Of a stretch of DNA of 64,000 nucleotides, positions 1-12,701 are shown in pieces. The stretch's first letter is position 1. Each line of letters begins with the position of its first letter. The notes under the pieces are model-generated. The model was not told the DNA's origin. It saw nothing but the letters and a program-made list of their open reading frames with translations, and made no database searches. The position numbers and the translations under genes were made by a program. This DNA is from Podarcis filfolensis (lineage: Eukaryota). Location: assembly GCA_964270895.1 (NCBI GenBank), contig OZ185441.1, one strand, 5' to 3'.

Positions 1-3000
1 ATACTGCATTCGATGTCTTACTGAAAGCTATGGAGCCTGAGCTGAACACCTTAGCACAAGAGTGCCCTTTCAGTGGGATGCAAATAGAAAAACTGAGACC
101 AAATAAAACTGCAAGCGCCTCTTCTTGTCTCACATCCAATACACTGAGTGTCCAAAGTCATGCTGCTTTGGTGCAGCCAGAATTTGTAGCTGGATCTCAA
201 TTTCTTCCTTGCACTTCACAGACTGTGCATGTAGCAACATCAGGGAAGAGTGAACAAGCACAGATGCCCTCAGTTGATCACTCACAAGAGCAAGTTCTTG
301 CTAAAGCTGGGCAACAGAACCAACAAATTGCTCCATGTCAGAGTTTCACTAATTCTCTGGTGCAACAGCCGAACCTGGAAAATCTCAAACTCCAGAATAT
401 ATACAGCATAGCAGTAACCTCTTCAATAATGAGCCCCCAATCCTCTGTTACTCAGGCTTTTTCTCAAAACCAGCTAGTAGCAAAATCTCCGTTGTCAGTT
501 CATCCCTCTAGCTCTACCACCCAATTATCTATAGCTCCCTTGTACAACTCAGCCCAGATAGCTTCAGTTGTCAGCCATGGTGTAGAACAAATATGTAACC
601 TTCTAAAAGTCCAGAAGCCTAAAAAACTAGGGAAATATGTCTGTGAGTATTGTAACAGGGCTTGTGCCAAGCCCAGTGTTCTCCTAAAGCACATCCGCTC
701 CCACACAGGAGAACGACCATATCCTTGTGAGACTTGTGGATTTTCATTTAAGACCAAAAGCAATCTGTATAAGCACAAGAAGTCTCATGCTCATGCTATC
801 AAACTTGGACTTGTCGTCCAGCCAGATTCTAGTGGGTTTCTCTCCCATGAATCTGACAAAGCACTTAGCATCCATTCAGATGTGGAAGAAAGTGGTGACA
901 GTGATGATGAAGGCACAGCTGATGAAAGACAAGAAGACCAAGGATCATTAGAAATTGAACCTGTGCATGTAGTGAAAATACCTTCCAATTCTGACTCATT
1001 GCACAAAGGTAGTCCCATTTCTTTAAGAAATCCGGAATATATGCTGGGTGACTCCTCATTTCAGGACTCATCTGTGCAACCAAGGACAGCTTTACCCAAG
1101 GTGATTGTTTGCCCTGTTAATGTATCTCCTTTGAGATCAGATAGCCCCAAAGTAGCAGATCCCACCTCTACACTTTCTAAAACACAACAACAAGGGGACT
1201 TGAAAGTAACAAATGTGAAACCAAATTTAACACATGTGCTGGTAAATGAATCTGATGCTAAGCAACATCAGAAAACTGAAACAAGCGTTTCCGAGGAACA
1301 GCTTGGGACCCCTGTAGGGACAGCAATACATGCGCAACTACAAAGACAGCAGGCAACAGATTGTTCTCAGGATCAGCAAGTAAAATGTCTCTTGAGCCCC
1401 AGAAGTTTAGGTAGCACTGATTCAGGCTACTTTTCACGTTCAGAAAGTGCAGATCAGACCATGAGTCCACCAGCTCCATTTATGAAAGGATTGCCTTCTT
1501 CCGAAAAAGACTCAAGTAAAAGTTGTGTGCCACGAATGAGCACTACTGTGGCATCTGTTGTGCAAACCATTTGTGTTGACAAGACCTTGCTTTCATCTGG
1601 CCAGATGAGACCACCTCTGGCCACAAAAATGCTTGAAGAACGCATTTCAAAGATAATATCTGATAATGAGGCTGTAGTGGATGACAAACAGTTGGATAGT
1701 GTGAAGCCGCGGAGAACATCCCTTTCAAGAAGAGGTAGTATTGATTCTCCAAAATCCTACATTTTTAAAGACTCATTTCAGTTTGACCTAAAGCCTATGA
1801 GTAGAAGGACTAGCTCAAGCTCTGATATACCAAAGTCTCCTTTTACACCTACTGAGAAGTCAAAGCAGGTTTTTCTGCTGTCTGTACCAACTCTTGACTG
1901 TTTACCTATAACCAGAAGTAATTCTATGCCAACTACCAGTTATTCAGCTGTACCTACAAATGTAATACCTCCCCCTCACCCCCTACGTGGAAGTCAGTCT
2001 TTTGATGATAAAATTGGCTCCTTGTATGATGATGTCTTTGTGCCAGGACCTGCTACTCCACAGCTCCAAGGCGGACACCCTCGCACCCTTGTTCGGCAAG
2101 CAGCAATAGAAGATTCTTCGGTCAGTGAAGGGCACACTTTTGGACAAACACGATCTGTAGATGAAAGTTATGGATGCAACACATCAAGTGAATTTTTAAT
2201 GTCAAGAAGCAAATCATTTGTACAAGGGTCAACTGTGGATAAAAAAAAGTCACAGCAAGGCCGAGGGACAATGTTTGAGTGTGAGACTTGCAGAAACAGA
2301 TATAGAAAACTGGAAAACTTCGAAAACCACAAAAAGTTTTATTGTTCAGAGTTACATGGACCAAAAACCAAGGCAGCTATACGAGATTCTGAGCACAAGA
2401 CGGTCTTGAACAGTACACAACCCCAAATTCTTCACTATCGAGTTGCCACTTCAACCGGTGTCTGGGAGCAGACATCTCAGATAAGAAAAAGGAGGAAAAT
2501 GAAAAGTGTGGGAGATGATGATGATGAACTGCAGACAAATGATACAAGTAGTAGTTTGTCAAAGAGCATAGCTGGGTCAGAGTGTCAAAACAAACTCGGA
2601 AATACCATCAGTGTCTCCAAACACACTGCCGCTGTTTTAGGTTCACGTAGTATTTCCTTACAAAAACTGGCACAAGATGAGCTGGAGACTCATGGCGCAG
2701 AGCAGACTGTGGGGCCAAAGATGATGTTGCATGGGGAGAAGCAGGCTGTTCCAGTGGCACCAGAAAAAAAAGAACTGAAAAGACAAGGGGCCGGGATTTC
2801 AGTAATTCAGCACACAAACTCCTTAAGCAGACCTAGTTCATTTGAAAAATCAGATTCATTTGAAAGGGTATCACCAGTTTCCCTTCAGGATGCTAACAAA
2901 GCTGTGAAGCTCCATTCCTTGAGTACCATTATAGCTCAAGAAGAGAAGCATTCTCTCCTGAGTGCCTCCCACCGTCCTCAAGTAGCAGAAGCCTCAAGAG

Positions 3001-5420
3001 TTCAGCTGCATGAACGTCAAGTCACTTCTAATGAAAAGAGTGCACCAATGCAACCACTAAGACTTGTTCGCCAGCATAACATCCAGGTTCCTGAAATACT
3101 GGTGACAGAGGAGCCTGATAGAGATCAGGAAAGCCAATGCAGTGATCAGGACAAGACAGAAAAATTTAACTGGCCGCAGCGTAGTGAAACCTTATCAAAG
3201 CTACCCACAGAAAAACTTCCACCCAAAAAGAAAAGAATTCGCTTGGCTGAAATGGAGCATTCTTCTGCTGAGTCGAGCTTTGAATCTACGCTTTCTAGAA
3301 GTCTCAGTCGGGAGAGTAGCTTGTCACGTGCATCTAGTTTCTCAACTTCTTTTGATAAAGATGACGTATCTAAGAATGAGAGTGCTTCCAAAGCAGAGCC
3401 TACAAATAAATCCTTGGAATTTCTTACAATTCCTACAAGTTCAAATACACTTAGTGTGCCTGGTCCTCATTTCAGAGAAATGCGACGTGCTGCTTCTGAA
3501 CAAATTAACTGCACCCAGCCGTCCATGGAAGTTGCCGATTACAGAAGCAAGTCATTTGACTGCGGAAGTGCAGTTCCATCCAAGCCTGCCTCACTTCTAG
3601 AGATCTCTACTTCTAAACTGACTTCTGGCAGTGGACATGTACCTTTGTTAGAAAGGAGAAGGGGCCCCCTTGTAAGACAGATATCTTTAAATATTGCTCC
3701 AGAAAAGAATCAGCCTGATGTCATGTCAAGTACTTCTTTTCAAATAAGTCCTGCAACAGATATTTCTTCAGTGTCCTTGCAGAGGTTGCAGGGCTCTGGG
3801 AAACCCGAGGAATTGTCTTCAAGTTCTCAGCACCCCCAGACTTACATCAAGCCTTTGCGTGAGTCACAGTCAGTGAAGAGCAACAACTCTCTTAACCCGC
3901 CTTCTAGTGAACGGTCTTTAGGCTCTAGTTTACATCATCTTGGCCAGCAAGCTTCACTCAATCAGTATTCCCAATCAGCTTTCAAAGGATCAGCACTTGG
4001 AACTCAGAAAAGCATGAGCATGGTTGCTGGTCAGCATAGTATGCAAGAAGACTGTTTTGCTCCCAAATATCAGCTTCAAGTTAAAGCATCGCACATAGGA
4101 AAGCAATATTCTTTAGGTCTTCCAGGTGCAGCTGGCACAGAGCAGACTGGGTCTTCATTAGAAATACATACTAAACTGAACGACAAAGTGTCCAAGCAAT
4201 ATGTGGCACCACCCTTGCAACGAACTGCTCCCGATAATTGCAGTGGTGGAATGTATCATGTTGCGCCCTTCATCCCCGTGCGCATTCACAGTAATATTCC
4301 ATCATATGGTTTGGCTGCTGTTGCACCCCTTCCTCAAATTTTGGTAACACGGGATCAGGTAAACCAGTCTCTCTGTAAAATAAACACTGCATCAGTGCCA
4401 ACAGTCAGAGATCAAACTCAGCTGCCAAAATCCCACAAAGATCATCTGAGGTGTTTGCCAAGTTCGCAGCCAGCATCTGTGTTTGAAAATCTGATTTGTG
4501 AGACGGAAAGCAAAAATTCAGCTTCCCTGGGGTCCTCAAATATGATTCAGAAAGTGCCAGTTGGTGGACTTTTCCCTCAGCAGGAAGCCACAGCCTCAAG
4601 TAAGCGCATGCTCTCGCCAGCCAATAGTTTAGACATTGCCATGGAAAAACACCAGAAGCGTGTTAAAGATGAAAGTGGAGCTGCTTGCACTACAGGTGCT
4701 ATGTCACTGCATCCTTTGACCATAAAGGCTAGCGAACCTAACAAGCAAAAAAAGCCACTCTTAGTGCGGCAGATCTGCACAGTTGAGCCCCTTGAAGGTT
4801 TCTCATTAGATCAAGATAATAAAAGCACTGGACCTGGTAATTCATCAGATCTTCTGCTGCCTGGTTCAGCTGAATCTGCTCGGTGTGGGGCTTCTTCACT
4901 CATAAAGGAGCCTTTAGAATATGATAACCCATCAATCTCTGAAATTGGAAGGTTTGCAGTCAGAAAGTCAGCTGAATCTACTTCACTGAATATTCAGACT
5001 TCCTTTCTAAAGGTTCCAGATAACAGTCAAGAGAGGATGTCCCCAGAAGTGAATGATGATAAACAGTCCAGTGTTTTGAGCCAAGCAAAATCTGGAGCCG
5101 CTTTGTCCGTCGTGAATACGGATGATATACAGCGATTATCTTTTCCAAGCCTAAAGACTACAACAAACTTTACATGGTGTTACTTGTTAAAAAGGAAGCC
5201 TGTGCATCTGTTGCAAAATGACCAAAAGACTTCAGTTTATTCTTCTTGGTCTGTCAGTCCTGACAATCCCAATCCACTTGGTTTGCCGACAAAACTTGCT
5301 CTTTCCCTTCTGAATTCAAAACAGAAAGCTGGAAAAACATCTTATACTCTAGCAATAAGTACCAACTTCAGATCCGACATACTGGTCTACTCAAGCAAGT
5401 GGAAGAACAACTTACTTAAG
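1..5420 (+). CDS. HIVEP1: HIVEP1 giant coding exon, 5'-partial (frame starts at base 3, TAFDVLLKAMEPEL...). Contains the first C2H2 zinc-finger pair (636-794), an isolated CCHC-type finger (2274-2345), the basic PPKKKRIRL motif (~3219-3246) and a Ser-rich tract
   Basis: Open frame over 5.4 kb. It contains YVCEYCNRACAKPSVLLKHIRSHTGERPYPCETCGFSFKTKSNLYKHKKSHAH, LLSPRSLGSTDSGYFSRSESA and FECETCRNRYRKLENFENHKKFYC, all diagnostic of HIVEP/Schnurri, HIVEP1 paralogue. Donor AAG|GTACTA at 5420/5421, phase 0. Confidence 0.97.
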
Positions 5421-8400
5421 GTACTATGCATAAAACATTTATTTTAAGAGGGGGGAATTCAAGTGTTTATACTAAAGTATTTATATAAGCTCTTTAAAAT
5501 GAGGATAACTTATTTGCATTTGGGAGGAAAACTTGTTGAACTCTGTTGGTGCATTGTTAATACTGCTTTATTGCATCACTATATAAATGTTGAGCTATCT
5601 TTACCTAGCTAAAATTTTAGAGGTTTATCACATCTCATGAAAGCCATATCCTAATTTTAAAAATTGTGCAGAAAGCCAGGTGCTTCTGCAAAGAGCTTTT
5701 GGATATTGTTTGGACACTTGAAATTCCCAAAAGAGCTAATATTATTCTTTAAAATTCCTCTATTGAATTTCATGGAATGGAATGTTAAGGTGTCTCATTC
5801 ACAGCTCATTTCCCCACAGGGCAAGGCCTACACACAGTGACACATAACTGAGATCCTTTAGGAATAGCAGTGTTCTGTCATGTCAGAACTGCAGAGGAGT
5901 TTTCTGTATGAACACTTCATTGGGGTCAAGAGGTTTAGCTACATGAACCTCAGAGAAGAGGAAAGTTTTAGTTGCACTAAAATGCAATAGGCGTTTTGTG
6001 CATATAGCTAAAACAAGATTGACTTTCTGCTTTGAGTCTGTGCAACAAAAAGCATGCATGGGCTGCTTTTCTTTAAAATATTTTATTATTGGGGCTTAAT
6101 GAAGGTTACATCTTATTATAGTACAGTACTGCGTTGGCTTGAAGAAAAATTGTATAAAGAGAGAAGATTTTGGGGGGAGTATTATTGAATAGAATTTATT
6201 TTAGAGAGAAATGTGGGCATTAATTTTGAAGCTGGTAGAATAGATGAATGGAAATCCCTGCCTGATCCTAAAAAAACCCCAAAGTTGGATTTTTAGGTTT
6301 TGAAAGCTAGTGGGACAGTGAAATCCCTTTCTGCATTCATTCACTTGCACTCACAGAAGGAATTCCTGCATCCAATGATCCCCATCCATCCTTTTATATT
6401 TACTTCATCCCAATAGCTAATATTCCAATAACTGTATTTACATCATGTAATCTGTCACTTGTGGAACTTCCATTGAATAAGCCTCTCTTCTGCGCTTATG
6501 TTTATTATTTTCTGACCCAGTCTAATACTTCACCTGCAGTTCTTACAACATGAGGAGTAGCATCTAAAACTATGTATTTCCTTGTAGTAGGATGTGCCAT
6601 TTAGGGATTTTGAAGGAATGACCAGACCTCACACAAGGTCCAGAAGTCTAGATAGAAATGCTCTACAAATGCAATAGGAAATTCACATTGTACACTTGGA
6701 GCATTTCTTGACTTTCGAAAAGAATAGGGCAGGCCCTGCATACACAAAGCTCTAGATGTTCACCAGAGTACAAGAGCCGGTGAATCTTAGCAGTAAAACA
6801 CAGTTATTGATAATGGGTGTCATTAGTTCATTTCTAGTGCAAGTCTGAAAATGGAAGAAGAGAATTTAAGCTCTCCTTCAAATAAATCTATAAAAAATGC
6901 TGTTTTGAAGTTTCTCTAAATGGAGAAAAACCTTCTTTCAGAAACTACCTGCAGTTTTTCTGCCAGAGCCATATGCTGTATCTTTGAATGTGGGCCTTTG
7001 TTGTATTTCACTATCAGATAAACATATTTTTTACAAGTTTGGGTGGAACATGCCAAATTTCTCACTAGCGATGTTTTCCAGATAGTTGGGATGACAAAGT
7101 TTCACTGGTACTGCTAATATCAAGCAGCTGAAACTAGAAGCTATCAGTTAATATTAACATGTGAGCTTCGAAATAAAGAGATGCGAAAAAATAATTTTAA
7201 GATTCTTTTGTCTTCCATTTTCAATGCTTCATATTTGTAAGATATTTTCAACATCCCTAAAGGGTAGAAACTTGTCTAACTAAAAGCAGATGTCTTTAAG
7301 ATTCTAAAGTACACATCCAACATAAATTTCCCATACCTCAGAAAAAAAAGGGTGGTAGTCTGATGCGTATGAACAGCAGCAAAGCTTTCCAGATCTTACT
7401 TCTGACTATGCACATTTAAAGACTGTGCATCTGTTGTCATTGCAACTATTTAAGGGTTTTTCAGAATGCAAACAGGGAAATTTTTAGCATTGTAACCAGT
7501 TATAAAGTATAGCTATGGACCATGAATGCAGAAGAGAATTTTGGGGTGGGCAAAATCTTAATTTTGTATACAGAGCTTGTTCAGACATAATCTTTGAGTA
7601 AGAGATCAGGAGTGGCTCACACATATCATCTCCTGAATGAAGTAGCCTTTTCTCATGCAGTTTTGGATATGTTGGAGCCAATGTTAGCTGAAGTGAAGAT
7701 TAATTAAGTTCCTCACTTAACCAAGGTCCTTAACCTGCTTCAATCCTTGTTAAGCAAAAAAAACCTGGCTTCATTTGTTCAGTTAATTTTTGTCCCATTC
7801 ACAGTATTTAAGAGATGAGGAAGGAATATAACCACCTCTGTATTGGCCTGAAAAGTTATCAGCTGTTGATGCTCAAGACAAATTTATTTGAGATGTGGAA
7901 TAGTTGACCAAAAAAGTCAGCGTAACACACTTGCAGCCTGGTCATGTAACCCCTAAAAATATTTGCCCTGATTACTTGAATCTTAACAAGGTGGTGTAAA
8001 AATGAACATTACTGGTGCTTTACATAAACAGTTCATTTTTTGTGATGTTTCATTTTCTGAAACCATGTGTAAGTCTCAGTAGTGTTGTTAAAGTTTATGT
8101 ATTGTTGCATGAAATTTCCTCTATTAGTTGGTATAGTCCAACAGTGGAGAACCTCAGGCCCATGGGGATCCTAATTTAATGCACAAGACCATTTCCTCCA
8201 AACCTGATGTCATATGTGACATCAGCTACGCAGCAGCAAAAAGAGCATGTTCCTAGTTGATGTTCACAGCTATCCCCATCAGTATAAGTCATACCATTGA
8301 AACATACAACATGTACAGTATGGTTAGCACTTAATGTCTAATTCACTGCAAGGCATCAAAAGTTTGTGTTCTACATTGACTTGAGGTTTATGCTTCCTGT

Positions 8401-8962
8401 GATCTTTCTGTTATCTGTTCAGAAGATGGAAATCCATGATGACCTATTCTGCTGAATCCAACAAACCAGGGTTTCTTGTCTACATTGTCACTAGATGTCT
8501 CATAAACAGTTTTGTGATGCTGCAGAGCAAGTCCATGGGGAGATAGCCAGTGTTACTGATATTCAGACTAGACCTATTGAAATAAATGGATTTAAGTTAC
8601 TTGTCTATTAATTTCAACAGATTTGTTGAATGACAAATAATTGGCCATTTTACATTCATGGTGGGATTATAAGGATTAGTTTTCAATTGATAAATGCTTG
8701 TCAGTGTAGCGTTTGTCCAGTACAAAGAGAAATGATGGGGGGGGGGAGGCGTCAATCAAGGAGAATGCTATGTGGTTGCCACCTAGTGGCCACAAGGCAA
8801 AGATGGAACCTATTTAAGTCATCCAAGATCCTTATCCATTATAATAACCATCAAGAACTTCATATGGCAAAGCATCACAAGACAAAGGAGGTAATTTATG
8901 GGCATTAAAAGGAATAAGGAGCATGGAGGACTTAAACAGGTTCCAATTCTTCTCAAGAAACA

Positions 8963-10329
8963 CTTTTAGCCCACCAAATGCCCACTGGATCAAAACACTC
9001 CATTAGTTTGCATCAAGGTCACTGGCCTTAGCAGGGGGAGAAAACTATTCACAACTAGAATGTAAAGAGTTAGCAGTGTTTTCTGCTGAAAAGAAATCCC
9101 ATTCGTATCTAGTTCGCAGGTGTTTTGTCATACAATCTGATCATAAACCTCTTCAGGGTCTGCAGGGAGAGAACAAGCCAGTGCTGTCTGCTAGAATCCC
9201 GAGATGGGCTTGACGTTGTCTGCATAGGACTACAAATTTGAATAAAAGCCAGGTCAAGCCCTGGGTAATGCTGATCCCCTTAGTAGATTTCCACTGCCAG
9301 ATAGATCAAAGCCAGTACCTCAGCCTCCTGAAACTGTTTTTCTTATTGAACTGCTATCCACATGCCTGATCGATTCCGCAAAGATTAAACGGGTGACTGA
9401 CCAAGATTCTCTGTTATTTAGAGGGTGAAGATAATTAATGGATTGCATTGCCTGGGGTGGGGGGAGCACATATTAACACCCTAACTATCAGCGTAGGGAG
9501 TCATTGGCTATCCAAGATGAATGAATATTATTGGGCTCTCAGGTAGTTGAACTACCAGTACTATGCAATTTCTGCTGTGCTGAATTTGTTGTATGAAGTC
9601 CATCCTCGCATTGTTTGAAGAGAGTAGCATGTAGTCTATGTGTGGTGGCCAGAAATAGACTAGCAGATTGAGACAGGACTACAGTGGTGTGGTGCTTGTC
9701 AATCTATCCGTCATGCTCCTTCAAAAGCACCCTCACACCCAAGGGAATGATAATAATGACCTTGGGCAAGACTTCATATTGATTATGCCAGTCCACAGCC
9801 CCTGCATCAGATCATACAACTGTTTCAGGTGTGTCTCTGAGACACACTCGGAGATAGAACATCTGGATGAGCCAGAAACACTCCCAGTTACACTATGCCA
9901 TTCAGACAGAATCCCCAAGCCCAGGGAGAGGTTGCATTTATAAAAACAAGGGAATTTGTGGGTTTAGACCAATGTCTCGTATTTAGGAAATTATTATTTT
10001 TTTTGTTCTGGTTTTCCCACTGCCTTCTGTATTCTTACTGCCAATATATAGATTACGGTATATGTTGGCAGTATAAACAAAAGGGGAAGGAGTGTAAGAT
10101 ACCTTTATGTGGTTGCTACCTAGTAGCCCCAATTCAAATGTGTTTCTTGAGGAGGGTTGGAACTGAGCATGTTCAGGGGGTGTGTCCTTGGGAGGGGTTC
10201 CAAGATAGATGCTAGACTGAAAACTTTAGAACTGTAAAACAGACTGAAAGCTGCAGAACAATCTGGTTTTTTTATTTTATTTGTATAGCCTAAATGCAGT
10301 ATATTAAACATATTTTACTTTCTTATACA
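8963..10329 (+). mobile_element. Decayed, internally deleted Ty3/Gypsy LTR retrotransposon: RNase H, integrase zinc-finger region, pol C-terminus, PPT and putative 3' LTR
   Basis: Manual translation through stops and frameshifts gives FASR (9007), NYSQLE (9043), SDHKPL (9136), NADPLSRFPLP (9267), EVHP...YVWWP (9637), CGAC (9688-9699), PWARLHIDYA (~9760-9789) and TLCHSDRIPKPRERLHL* (to 9943). PPT AAAAGGGGAAGGAG at 10079-10092 is followed directly by TGT (10093). The LTR end CA at 10329 is tentative. Confidence 0.85.
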
Positions 10330-10723
10330 ACTGGTATGCTAATTTTCTCTGGCAGTAGATAAAAGCTTGAAAAACTGCATTGGGAATCTCTTCCTCTCCC
10401 CCCCCCCCCCCCGTATCTCCTAAATCATGTACAGACGGCTACTTCTGGGCAAAAACATAAACACATGTTCTTTCAAGTATATAACCATATAAACATTTTT
10501 GTAATTACTTTCTCTTCCTGTTCTCCCTCTAATGAGCATATTGAATTGGGTGTAGCAATTGTCACAAAAATAAAACTTAGTTGTATTGTCAACACATAAA
10601 CAACTGTGCCTGAAAATGGTAATCTTCAACTCCTATTTTGCCAGATACTCACTAGCAATACTAGTTCGGTAGATTCCTTAATCTGCTTATAATAAGAAAC
10701 GTAACAATTTACATTTTTTTCAG

Positions 10724-10854
10724 CGGGCATTAGTTAAACAAAAGGCAGCAAGGGAATTCAGCAATAAAGAAAACTCTGAAATAAGCACTGATCAAGATAA
10801 TGATAATTCCTTAGCCAAAAGTGAGCCAAGAAGAGTGAAAATATTTGATGGAGG
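10724..10854 (+). CDS. HIVEP1: HIVEP1 coding exon ([16 protein letters not shown]...[12 protein letters not shown])
   Basis: Acceptor TTTTTTTCAG|CGG and donor GAGG|GTAAGT. 131 nt, phase 0 to 2. Peptide matches the HIVEP SEPRRIKIFDGG motif. Confidence 0.95.
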
Positions 10855-11313
10855 GTAAGTATTCCCCCCTAAAAGTAATGCGATATTTTATTATTTTGTA
10901 TGGAAGTCATTATCTCCTGGTAGCTCAGTAGAAAAAGGTGTTATTGTGAACCTGATTAGATTGTGATCCAGATTCTAGTCATACAAACAACCAAAATGGT
11001 TTGGTATGTTCAAAATTACTTGCTCCACAGTATCCCCTGCCTCCCATCCCTGGCCTTGGTTCAGCACTTGTGATGTCAAATCTCCCATCCACATAGCTAA
11101 TTTTCTCTCCTGGTGTTTTAACACTTAATTCTTCAAACTGAATTTTTAGTGAGCTTGGAGTCAAATATCCCAAATGGAAACCAAAACACCAAGAGCCTTA
11201 GTTCTGAACAAATATCCTACAAATATTTACCAGATGAAACCAGATCATGACTACTTGCGTTGTAGACCATAGGTGATTTAGAACAAAACAGTAAGTTGCC
11301 ACCTGTAGTCTGA

Positions 11314-11443
11314 GCCTTGGTTGCCCTGATTTATAAGCTCATTCGAGACAGAGACAGAGGGCGTGTCGTCCTGTTGGTTCTCCTTGACCTCTCAGTGGCT
11401 TTTGATGGTATTGACAATGGTGTTCTTCTGCACCGACTTAGAG
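11314..11443 (+). mobile_element. L2-clade LINE reverse-transcriptase fragment
   Basis: ALVALIYKLIRDRDRGRVVLLVLLDLSVAFDGIDNGVLLHRL matches the L2/CR1 RT motif LLVLLDLSAAFDTIDHxILLxRL. Confidence 0.85.
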
Positions 11444-11959
11444 GTGGTGGTTGGAGGAACATGCAGCTCCCGCCATCAGAACACTCAATATCTGTACATT
11501 CCATTAACTGAACATAAAGAATTGTGCCCAAACATCGCTACATGCATGGCTGATTCAGATATCCAAACAACCAGAGTTTGCCCCTTTCCTTACCTGTTTG
11601 TGCTTCACTGGTCAATGGCAACTATTTTCAAGCAGAAACCATGGAGAGAAGGATGTGGGAGAGAGAACAGACACATCAGGGAGTAGGAGAGATCGGACAA
11701 ATAAGTTTCCCCCTCTTTTTTGCTGGTTGGCTGCAGCCATTTTAGGATGAAACCATGGTGGGGGAGGGGAGAGAGATCATGGATTAGAAATGTTTCCATT
11801 GGAAATAATGGAGATTGTCAGCTCACCTAATGTGAATGCTCACCTAATGAACAATTTCCTGGGAACGCATTGTGATTAGAAAACAGGACCTGCAAACTAT
11901 AACTGTGGTTTCTGCTCTTACCAGGATCTCTACCAGAAACTAGTACTAGGATATTGTTG

Positions 11960-12470
11960 CTCATGTGGGTCCATTCAGCTACCTATGCTAGTTAACATCT
12001 ATATAAAACCTCTGGGAGCTGCCATCCAGGGATTTGGAGGATGGCACCATCAAAACATTGATGATATGTGGCTCTCTCTTTCCATTCTATTGGAATCAGA
12101 AGGGCTGTTAAGGTGTTGGACTGTGTGTAGCATGGGTAGGCAAACTTAAGGATCCAGCTGGACACTGGATCCAGCCCAATCGCCTTCTAAATCCGGCCCA
12201 CGGATTGTCCGGGAATCAGCGTGTTTTTACATGAATAGAATGTGTCCTTTTTTTTAAAATGCACCTCTGGGTTATTTGTGGAGCATAGGAATTCGTTCAT
12301 CCCCCCCCCAAAAAAATATAGTCCGGCCCCCCGCAAGGTCTGAGGGACAGTGGACCAGCCCCCTACTGAAAAAGTTTGCTGACTCCTGGTCTGTAGGCTG
12401 TGAAGGGCTGAATCCTGTTAAGACAGAAGTGCTGTGGGTGGGTAGTTCCTGTGTCCGGGAATTAGGTGTC
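11960..12470 (+). mobile_element. Continuation of the same L2 RT remnant, split by a hAT MITE
   Basis: GSIQLPMLVNIYIKPLG...HQNIDD (11967-12065, degenerate GSILSPMLFNIYMKPLG...HQYADD). Resumes after the MITE with LNPVKTEVLWVG (~12408-12443). Confidence 0.8.
12131..12388. mobile_element. hAT-superfamily MITE (~258 bp)
   Basis: Imperfect TIRs CATGGGTAGGCAAACT / AGTTTGCTGACTCCTG. 8-bp TSD GTGTGTAG (12123-12130) and GTCTGTAG (12389-12396), 7/8 match. Confidence 0.85.
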
Positions 12471-12525
12471 CTGACCTGTAATGCACTGTCGTTTGCAATA
12501 GTTTGGTATGTTTTGATTAAATTAG

Positions 12526-12701
12526 ATACAAGTCAAATGAAGAATATGTCTATGTTCGTGGGAGAGGAAGAGGAAAATATATATGTGAAGAATGTGGAAT
12601 ACGCTGTAAAAAGCCCAGTATGTTGAAGAAACATATTCGCACGCACACAGACGTCCGTCCCTATCACTGCAACTATTGCAATTTTTCCTTCAAAACTAAA
12701 G
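12526..12701 (+). CDS. HIVEP1: HIVEP1 coding exon, first finger and start of the second finger of the C-terminal zinc-finger pair ([58 protein letters not shown])
   Basis: Acceptor ATTAG|ATAC and donor AAAG|GTAAGT. 176 nt, phase 2 to 1. Near-invariant HIVEP family sequence. Confidence 0.97.

Noticed and set aside
30-5447. The 1805-aa ORF as a complete single-exon protein starting at ATG 30
   Set aside because: The frame is open from base 3 (TAFDVLLKA-M), so the exon starts upstream of the window. The last 8 residues (VLCIKHLF) are read-through past the donor at 5420/5421.
8204-8225. Palindrome CTGATGTCA-TATG-TGACATCAG (two ATF/Jun-like sites)
   Set aside because: It lies within what looks like a decayed MITE starting near 8142, and short palindromes are typical of these elements.
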